Source: Schizochytrium sp. TIO01 | Taxonomy: Eukaryota > Protista > Bigyra: Labyrinthulomycetes | DNA length: 64,000 nt | Assembly: GCA_004764695.1 (NCBI GenBank) | Contig: SMSO01000032.1 | Location: 496,001 to 560,000, forward strand | Direction: 5' to 3' | In this document: positions 37,023 to 46,639 of the stretch, piece by piece | Layout of the letters: each line of letters opens with the position of its first letter | Position numbering within the stretch: position 1 is the first letter of the stretch | The notes under the pieces: generated by a model | Told to the model about the DNA's origin: nothing | Database searches by the model: none | What the model saw: the letters and a program-made list of their open reading frames with translations, nothing else | Made by a program: the position numbers and the translations under genes

Positions 37023-39283
37023 GCGCACCTTCGTGTCAAGCGCTTGTGCCATGACCAACAAAATTCTGATTACGGGTCGATGCCCCTTTTTGATTACAAA
37101 AGAAACCATGTTATCTTCTACTTTGAACCCTTTATTTCTTTACCTAGTTCTTCCTTCTCTGCATGTGTGTGCGCTCTTCTCCTTCTCTCATCAACTTGCT
37201 GCAAATTGCATTTTGATGATACTGACCGCATTTTAATCCACATTCGATATTCATAGAAACTATGAGCCTCAGGCTCCTGGGGAGATTATCAAAAGAGCGA
37301 CGTTGTCTTTGTTTTCCCTTTTCATCCGCTGTGATGGTACTATTGGCAGCAAAGCAAAGCTACCATTTCCCAAACGAATGTACTCTGGACATGAGCCTGG
37401 GACAATTCCTGCGAAACCCCTTATAAAGGACATGAAGGAACCCTTGGGTGTACCGAGATAGAATCGACAGGAACCTTCCATGAGTTAGGGCTGACTGGCT
37501 CAGTTGATTTTCTCACCTACTACGAATCCCATCTCTTACTACCTTCTCTTCTTCCTTCCCCGATTTTCGAAGTGGGAGAATCAGTATATAGGTTCTCACA
37601 GGTATATAGATTCTCACGTTTGGGTAGTTTTTGATGAAAGAGTGCAAGACCACCTTCAAGTGAGTAGACACAACTGGTCAGAAGGTACTGACTACCGTCA
37701 AATTATGCAAGAGCGTCTTCACTCTGATCGCCGACCGCCACCTGTACAACCAATCAGCCCTTCGAGGCTTTGAAGCACTGCAATTGCTGTGTTTTGACTT
37801 TAAAGTAATATTATGTCAAAAAGAGTCAAAACACCCACAGAACAACCCTACTCAATGAGTGCCATTATAGATAATCATAAAGCTGAATACATGAGGAGAA
37901 CTAGCAGTAGGGAACCGAACGGAAAGCTCTATATGCAAGCAGATTCTATATCAAATAGAATGCACCACAGACCATGAACGATAGTGACGTGTCCTTCTCC
38001 CTCCAATCCCGATCGTGGTGGACTTGCCTGCATCGGGAGCACCCTTGGTACAATTTAGTTAACCATTTTTTTCAAAGGAAGTGCTCTTACGCCGAGTGAA
38101 AGACTCTCTTCTTTGAGTATATAAGGGATGTCATCTTAAACTTCCTTAAAATGAAATATTTCAATGATTAATGAAGTAACATCCAGCTACATGTCTACTC
38201 TAACCAAACCAAACCTAACCCTTCGGTCCAATATTACACACTCGGCGTGCCTGAATCCAGAAACTTAGCAACCTAATACCTGTTTCACCTTCTTCGACAA
38301 GCTTCACTTTACCAGAGCTTTCTCTTTTATCATACTACCTCTGTATGCTTCACTACACAAGCTAATCTGCAATAGGTGATGGATGCAAGATACACCAGGA
38401 AGACACGAGTGTAACAAATCTTCTACTAGACATTTTGAAGTGAGACGAGTTCAATATCCAAGATAGAGTAAACTATTCTCTCAAGAACCTCCTCTGCAAT
38501 CTAGGACTCTCTGAGAAGTAACATAAATGTTGTCAACTTTAATTCGTGATTTAATAGACGTAGAGCAGATTTTACTCAGGTGTTTTTCCCACTTCTTTCA
38601 AATCCTTAAGTGCATTCTGAGAGATGTATGATCATAGCTACAAATTTACTTGAGCTTCTTTACCGAATATACAAATCAGCTAAGTCACAGTCGCTGCAAA
38701 CAAGGTGCCATAGAACAAATTTATTCACTCTTTCACTTCGTGCTGCAATAGTTTGACAAAGATTTGCTCTTGACTTGTAAGCACAACCTTCTAAGACCTA
38801 AGGACCATCCTTTTTTGTTGTTGTTGTTGTTGTTGTTGTATATGCGCATTTCTTGTTTGGAGGGTTCTTAAGCCTCACTTTAAGTGTTTGGTCGTATACT
38901 GAAGCCTTGGTTATTAACATGTACTTATTGTGTGTAAGTTTTAGTTCTGCTTATCTTGGGTTTTCAATTGCTCAAACTTTCCAACAGCAGCAAAACCTCT
39001 AGTGGCGGCTATATTATTAGGTTTGTATGTTAAGTCGAGACACATCACTCAAATCACAGATGCTTTGTATTTGTTCGAGCAAGATATTGGTGAGTGAAAT
39101 ACTACATAGAATGAAAGATACGTATGAAAACAATGAGGAGTACTGGTACATATAAAAACTTAGAAACACTATTGCAAAAGAAACGGGTGCTCTACACAAA
39201 ATATTTACATGTGTAAATGGCAAAGTAGCTATGGGAAGTTTTTGGTCAAGACATATATTAAACATCACCATTGAGTGGGATAT

Positions 39284-41137
39284 TTACGGGAAGCTAATCT
39301 CCGTAGGTCCTCGCAAAGTCAACTTGGGATGCTCACGGTTAGCTTGTGACTTTAGATCTACAAGCTTTTTGTGGTCTTCAACGCACTTTCGTCGAAAGGC
39401 TTCACGCTTCTCTACTCGTGCTGAAGAAGACAAAAGACGATCAAAAAGACGTTTTGCTTCTGATTCAGACTGGATCATGACGGCATCCATCACTCCACCG
39501 CACAATGCAAGGTGAGCTGGGAGAGGTTTGTAAGCGCAAGAGGTGGGCAGACTGTTACTAGGCTGAGCAACTCCCAGGGCTGCTGCTATGGCCTGCTCAG
39601 CTAGGACAGCTTGCCGTGCAACACGTACTCGACTCATGTGCTGCATTGTTATTTTCATGTCATCTTGAAGAGGTTTGAGCCCATACGCAGTGACAACTTC
39701 GTAAACGATCTCGTGCCGGCGAAAATCATACTCACCAAAATCGCAGTCCTCTTGCAGCTTCTGCAGGCAGGCCATTAAGCACAAAAGGAATCCAGAACGC
39801 AAGCTTACAGCATGAAGGCCTTGCAGGTTCTTCTGGTTCCCTCCATACTTTTGAATATAGTGCATGACTCTCTTACAGGTACTGAAAACTCGTTCACGAA
39901 TTTGCGCTGGCTTTACCATATTCATGCGGAGATCTGATTGATCGTGATCAATCGATCGATCTGTGGACCAACGAGGGAGTTCAACTCCACCTTGCTGATT
40001 TTCATCCGCTAATCTAGCGCCAAGATCCGATGTTAAGCACATGTATGAAGCGAGTTCTTGATAGACACCTGCATCCATAAGCGCCCGAAGCCAGGGCTCG
40101 CCGGTGCTTGCCATAATCCGAACTAATCTAAGTACTAAAAGAACTACAAGAGGGCTCTCAGATGTACGTGCGGCCTGCCAAACGCTTGGGAGATATCGCA
40201 TTGAAGTCCAAGGAGGCAGAAGATCTTGTCGATATCCAAATGTTGCCATGATTGCACGCAATGCTTGCACCTGCAAGTGAGCATCGCGGTTCTCGAGGAA
40301 CGTACAGAGACCATTTATGTCAAGCTTCTTTGGTGGCTGCAAGCCAGTTAAAAAATAAGATATCTCATGTTCCCGGATATGTAAATTTGTATCCCCCAAA
40401 GTAGAGTTAGTAGGCGCGGACTTTCCCTGGCGCCTTCGGCGATGGCCTTCACCATTGTCGCTTATCAGATCGAGTGATGGGTAATTTGTTCTTTCTGGAG
40501 ATGTCATTGGCCGAAGCGAAGGTGGTCGTGCTTTCCGGACTTGCGAATTCGAAGTTGTGGCTCGCTCGGCGTCATCATCATCTGTACGATCATCGATTCC
40601 AAGTAAAGCCTTCGAAAGCGGCAAGTCATCTGCTACATAGTCTGTCTTTGAATGTGGAATTTTTGCAAGTCTTGGTGGCTGCAATGCGATTGGAGATGTT
40701 TGTGGACGCTGGTTCCGACTACTTCTTGTATAGAGTGAGTGAGCATTTTTTCTAGTTACAAGATGCTTCTTTTTCTTCTTTTTCTTCTTCTTTTTCTTCT
40801 TGTTGTTGTTGTTCTTTCCCTCATTCGTGTTATCTTGTGATTCCGGATGGTTCACAACATCAAGCTTCTGCAGAGGCTTAATCGGCAATAAACTAGACCT
40901 TGGTCGCTCTAGCAAAGCAGGTGCTGTATGATGGCGAATCTCTACAGAGCTTGTCATCGGCCTTAGGGTCTCTTTGCTGATCTTTCTTAGCACATCGCCC
41001 TTCGGCAAGTTGCTTTCTCTACTGCTGCTATGCTCATGATTCTCTCCACCATGTGTTGATTCATCATCCTCCACGCGCTGCATTGAAGTAAACCCCCTTC
41101 GGCTCGATATTTTGGTTTCACCGTCAAACGTACGCAC
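39284..41137 (-). CDS. Uncharacterised protein with disordered basic N-half (poly-Lys) and helical ARM/HEAT-like C-half; start uncertain
   Basis: 617-codon open frame. The track start is GTG; the first ATG is at 41083 and the frame stays open about 15 codons further upstream, so an upstream exon is possible. ARM-like helices include LQVQALRAI and LRALMDAGVYQELASYM. Confidence 0.75.
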   Translation of the reverse strand: MRTFDGETKISSRRGFTSMQRVEDDESTHGGENHEHSSSRESNLPKGDVLRKISKETLRPMTSSVEIRHHTAPALLERPRSSLLPIKPLQKLDVVNHPESQDNTNEGKNNNNKKKKKKKKKKKKHLVTRKNAHSLYTRSSRNQRPQTSPIALQPPRLAKIPHSKTDYVADDLPLSKALLGIDDRTDDDDAERATTSNSQVRKARPPSLRPMTSPERTNYPSLDLISDNGEGHRRRRQGKSAPTNSTLGDTNLHIREHEISYFLTGLQPPKKLDINGLCTFLENRDAHLQVQALRAIMATFGYRQDLLPPWTSMRYLPSVWQAARTSESPLVVLLVLRLVRIMASTGEPWLRALMDAGVYQELASYMCLTSDLGARLADENQQGGVELPRWSTDRSIDHDQSDLRMNMVKPAQIRERVFSTCKRVMHYIQKYGGNQKNLQGLHAVSLRSGFLLCLMACLQKLQEDCDFGEYDFRRHEIVYEVVTAYGLKPLQDDMKITMQHMSRVRVARQAVLAEQAIAAALGVAQPSNSLPTSCAYKPLPAHLALCGGVMDAVMIQSESEAKRLFDRLLSSSARVEKREAFRRKCVEDHKKLVDLKSQANREHPKLTLRGPTEISFP

Positions 41138-41921
41138 ACGCGCAGAGACGGGAGTATTTTCGTATTTGATCTTACTGTAGCCTTATAACCTTGTGCTGCT
41201 GTAATCCTGAACACCTTCTCTTGCAGCCAGGTATCACAATTCACATAATAACAAAAATATAAACAGAATGCAGATAGATACAACCAAAGTTCTCAAGATT
41301 AAGTGTACTGCACTGTAAGTCTCGCTCTTCTCTGCGTACTGCCTGCAATGATCTTCATATAGTCTGCTTCAAGCAACAGAACTTAGCAAAGGACAACCAT
41401 AATTCCCGCTCTGCAAGTGCGCATTTGCTACGTTCTCATGCTTTATAGCCGAGTGACCTTTCTTGCCGGAATGTCAACGTTATTGTTCACATTAGCTCCC
41501 CGTTCTATACCTTCGTTTCAAATTAACCTTTAAATAGAACGATTTGAATACAAACAACTCCTAGGTCAACGTCGATGATGAAAGCAAGCAAGCAAAAGCT
41601 CAAACCTAGACGAAGTCATCCTCGTGCGCAAACTTTGAGCGCTCCGTGAACGTGCGGACCGCTTGCAAAAAACTTCTGTTTAGCCGAGGAAAGGCACAGT
41701 ATAGGCTCTCTCAGTTTGACTTAGGCAGCGCTTGGACGACGCGGTAAACGTGAGGCTTCGTCATTAGCGCAAGGGAGCCCGTCGTTAGGTTGGCTTTTGC
41801 CTGATTGCTCTGGTATTAGAGCTCGATTTTAGCGGAAGCTGCAGATATAGCTGGAGTCTGGTCGCGCGTGGACATTGCAGAACTGTGCAAAGACGCGATT
41901 CGTATATAGAGCTAGGTGATA
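41138..41921. promoter_or_regulatory. Divergent intergenic region, probable bidirectional promoter for the 617-aa gene and PSF2
   Basis: Head-to-head genes less than 0.8 kb apart; no specific site identified. Confidence 0.45.
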
Positions 41922-42968
41922 ATGGCCGCAATTCCTCAACAAAAGCCTCGTTTGCGTAATGATGAGGTCGAGTTTCAGGCTGAAGATGAACTCGTTACCA
42001 TTGTCCCTAAATTTGAGTCCGATGTCTTTGCGCTGATTGGCGGTCGTTATGGTCCCTTTGTGCCCCAAACCCCCGTCCAGGTCCCTTTGTGGCTTGCGGT
42101 TGAACTTCGCAAGCAACAGAAATGTCAAATTCAGGTACGTGAACTACTTGTTGAGTTGAGAATTGATTTTTGGAAAATATCCAGGAAGTCTTACTAACGA
42201 ACCCTCCTGATCCTATGCTTTTTGCGGTCTTCTTGCTTGGTTGATGTATTGATTGAGGTCATTTTCATGGTAAATTGTGTTTGCTATTGGTGACAAAATA
42301 TATAGTGCCCTGCCTGGATGACAGCTGAAGGGCTAAAGAATGCGAAGCGCTTAGAAAAGGAGGCTATGATTCTTGAGCTAAAGCCTTTGCCATCCCATTA
42401 TATGGAGATTGCTGCACTGATCTTGAGACACGCTGCTGAAGATATCGAGAATGTGAACATGGTTCGTTCACTCCTCGAAGACTTGGAGAATATTCGCCAG
42501 CACAAGATCCGTCAAGGTCTTCAGCAAATGGCAGATCATCATGCTACGGAGCCCCTTGAATACTTGAAAATGAACAATGCATGTTACATGGAGCTCAATA
42601 GCATTCGCGGTATCTTATTAACGTCTTTGGAGCACTTTTACAAAATGTATGATGATGGCTTCTCAGCTATGAAATCAGCAGACTTTGTTGTTTCGAAAGT
42701 CGAAGCTATGGAAGAGGCAGGTCTTAGCGACGGTGATGATGATGGCCAGGGCGACGGCCGAGGCGATACAAACAATGTCACATATTTGGGCAATGCGAGA
42801 ATCCGACGGGCGCAAGCCGACCGTGGTGCATCCCAGAGCCAATCTCAATCCCAGTCCCAGGATGACGACGGTCTTGCCCCTCTTCACAGTAGTTCTATGC
42901 CAGTTTCTCAGGCAACATATGAATCTGACCTTGATGAAGATGACATCATGGCTGCTATGCAGCAATAA
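41922..42968 (+). CDS. PSF2: GINS complex subunit Psf2, join(41922..42134,42306..42968), 291 aa
   Basis: Exon 1 reads [15 protein letters not shown]...[28 protein letters not shown]. Exon 2 reads CPAWM...LPSHYMEIA...AAEDI...[18 protein letters not shown]...MELNSIR. A phase-0 intron restores the conserved KCxIxxPxW. Confidence 0.96.
42135..42305 (+). other. Spliceosomal intron of PSF2 (171 nt, GT-AG)
   Basis: CAG|GTACGT donor and TATAG|TGC acceptor, T-rich interior, in-frame join of conserved blocks. Confidence 0.93.
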
Positions 42969-45008
42969 ACTGCCTTGTGTGTGCCTTGATAAGGGTCCTT
43001 TCCCACTCCAGTATTGATAACACTAAAAAAACAAAAACAAAAACTTAGCAGGCCTTATTGGATCAAGCAGATCTCATTGGGTATGTGAAAGAGTTGCTAC
43101 TCCGCTCTTCTTCCCTGTTATAATTTGCAGATAATAGTCACAACTACTACAAAGATGACTATTAGGATAAAAAGAAAGAACACGCCCAGAAACAAATTCA
43201 GAACGAACTTCAAGAAGCCCCTTTGACAGGACAAATTGCAGATCAATGTGCGTTTCTACATTGGACAACATACCTACAATTCGGTTTCTTAGTACTCATA
43301 ACTGAAGTTAAATAATGTACCCTTTCGTGAACATCTGAGTTAAATAGACATAACTTGCATCTAGCACCACAAATAACCTCTGCGATCACAATCTTTCGTC
43401 CTTAACTTCATGCTTGAAAAAAACAATACTGGAGTAGAAATAATAGAAGTACTCCTATGCAAGAGCTGAATCTTGCGGGCTCTTTCTTTTGCAGTTAGTT
43501 TTGGTCTATGGACATATAAATGTATGGTATGGCGATCTCAAGCTCGTTTCCCAATAGACCACTTTACCATCATTCGACACGGTGTTTCAGGTACTTCCCT
43601 GCCATATGCAGCAGATGATATGCTACTAAGTACCTAGTGCTCATTACGAATTCATATATTCGCATGTGATCACGACTAAGTGTTCATCTTAATCAGTCGC
43701 TCAAACATAGTAGTCACAAGACACATCTAACCCAGTACACTTCTACGATTTTCAACTTATTGAGTTTCAGACTTCCAGACTATCTGGCCATTCTCATCGC
43801 AACCTATTTCTTCATCCTTTTCATACACAGACTGTGCATATGACGCACATGTACTGGCAAACAAGAGTCTATCTACTGACTAGCTCCGTCACCAGTGGCT
43901 GGAAATGATAATGGTAGCCTATACTGTTACCTATTTCTATTTATCCATGAACATGAGCCCGAAGTCGCAAAGATCTTAGATCCTGCTTTATGCAATGAGA
44001 ATAGTCAAGAGTCTCGATTCTTTGATTCCAAAATGACAATTAGACTTCGCCGGAACCACGGAAATGTCGAAAAAAAATGCCTTTTCACTTTCTTAGCTTG
44101 TAAATTGGCCTTTTGAGTGGAAGCTAGCTTACCGGGGTGAAGATCTCTGTACATCCCTTAAGCCCATACGTGCACTGCGCGTGCATACGGTGTCCTTGTA
44201 TCACATGTATTGCTCTGGCTTGATTGAGTTCGAGGTGCCACGGTATTGATGAGCCTGTGGACGTGTTGCTTCACGCTAGTTATGACCACCAGATGAGATG
44301 GTACAGATTTCCAACTAGGTACTCTAGGCACCAGTTAACTCACGAAAGGTAAGAAAATGAAACAAAGAAAAAAAATCTCGACACCTCAAATATAACCACT
44401 GATCATCACGATTTGCAGCAGTCATGGTGTTATGAAAACCCTATAGCTGCTGAAGTCGCAACGGAACGGGTACTCTTGTGACTCAGGTGTCACAACCTTA
44501 AACCATCCCATCCATGTGTCTTCGAGGTTGTGATGACAGGCATCTTTTTACAACGGCACCGAGCTTGCCTCACTTTGGTCGCGTGCATGACTGAAATGCA
44601 CTAGTAGTTATCCCTCCAACTAAGTATCGTTAGCCTCATCATCAAGACAAGAAAACCCCGTCATTGGCACCCAAATACAGACAAAAAAGAATGCCTATTA
44701 AGAGTTACATCTCCCCGTCGCCGCTGTGGAATAATCATCTTTTCCATGGTCTTCAATTTTACCCTAGCTTGTCCTGGAAACAAATCTTCACGGACTCGAG
44801 CGAAGCCACTTGAAGCAGGTATCAGTGACTCTCGCTGAAGTAGTAGGCATTACTTACATGAGTAAAAGAATATTTATCGCAGCCAAGATAACCAATAACC
44901 TTGAAGTTGAGGATGAAGTCCTGCTGCTCTCGTAGCCGGCATCGTCTTATTCAGTGTCTTCTTTCTGTGAATTTATATTCTGCTGATTATATCGATAACA
45001 AAGTGATC

Positions 45009-45062
45009 GAATGAATGAATGAATGAATGAATGAATGAATGAATGAATAAATGAATGAATGA
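45009..45062. repeat. (GAAT)n microsatellite
   Basis: About 13 units, one interruption. Confidence 0.95.
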
Positions 45063-46639
45063 GCAAATCTGAGTTCTGTTAGAATTGCTTTTCAGCACTC
45101 ATTATAGCATTCCAATAAAAGAAAACCCGCCCGGCCCGAGCCTGCCTGGTCGGGAAGCCCAGGTGAATCCCCGCGGCCTCGACAGGCGTCGCTGCACATC
45201 AGGAAAGAACCAATGTAGCAGTGCATCGTGATGTATTTCGGCACGACCTGACTGGAATACTACTGTAATATCGCAATTCAATTGACAATGACAAAACTGA
45301 TAAACAAACAACGAATAATCATAAATAAAAATAATATTTTTCTTTCCATCCTTTTGTGCAGGTAAATAGGCAGGTAAATAGGCAGGTAAGTAAGTAGGTA
45401 GGTACTATTCATTTCTTTGTTTAGAGTGACAGTGGCGTCATCGCTGAGCATGATCTAGCTCTACCCTCGCATAAGGTTTCGGGTAGGAGCAGCTTTGCCT
45501 AAAAACGAAACAGAAAGGAAGAGAAAACAGCAACACTTGCTTGCTTTTGCTTCATAGTAGCTGCTCAGTCTAAACTCTAGTACCGCGCCACGACGAAACC
45601 TCTTCAAGTAATAAAAAAAAAGCACGAATTCCATTTTCTGGTGCAAGATAAGCGATCGTAAAGCAAAGAGACTCGGATTCACTTAACTCCGCAAGCGTAA
45701 CGCGAGAAAAGGAGGCAACAGGCTGCAAACATGGTGCCAGTCTGTGCCACGTCCTTGGTCGTTAAGCGGTGAGCAAACTTGAAGCAGCCCAAGGGCCCAC
45801 ACGAAGAAGCCATGTGTCAGCAAGTGAACTGTCAAGTGAACTAAAGGCCACTAGAATTCTTTACTGATTATGAGTGTCCTCTTTAAGCTTATGTCTGATT
45901 TTAATAGTTTAATGAAATAAGGAGAAAAGTTGAAAGCTGAGAAATTGAAAGTAAACATACAAATAATAAATAATAAATACCTCGGCGGCGCAGGAGAATA
46001 AGCAGGTCGGAAACCGACGCCGGGCCCGTGCCGACGCTGCGGACCGGGATCTCTTGCGCTTCATTACTCGATAGACTTGAACTCTGCGTCTCTCTTCCGC
46101 CGGTCGGTCATTCGAGCGAGCGAGCCTGCAAGTCCCGGATAGAGCTCGTCCCGCATCATTGCATCCGGCTGGCGCTTCCTTATTTGTTTGTTTGTTTGTA
46201 CTCAGCTCGGTTTACCTTCACTGTGCAGTGGCGTAAAAACAACAAGCCTTTGCGGTGAGAGGGTCCTACAAGCTCTCCTTCGCGAAGTCTAGTTCGATTT
46301 CAGAGCGGCCTTGGCCATAGAGCACACGTGTATGTATAATTAGAATTGAGGATTGCTTATTATCTGTGGCACATTATATTTTACCATCTGATTGGTACTT
46401 TTACAAAATCCTCGGGCACTGCAGACCTAGCTTGCTATAAATTAGACGCCGTGGAGGCGCTCAGTGCAAAAGCATATTTCTAAAAGCCTCAAAGTGCCCA
46501 GGGCCTGGGCAGAACCCGGCCCGGGCCCGGTTCAGCACCTTCATACTGAGAAGTTACACAGCATTTTGCTAGTTTGCCAATATTCACCTAACCTTTGATT
46601 GTGGAGGCTTGCTTGTAGTGGATTTTCTTTTTAGCCAAG

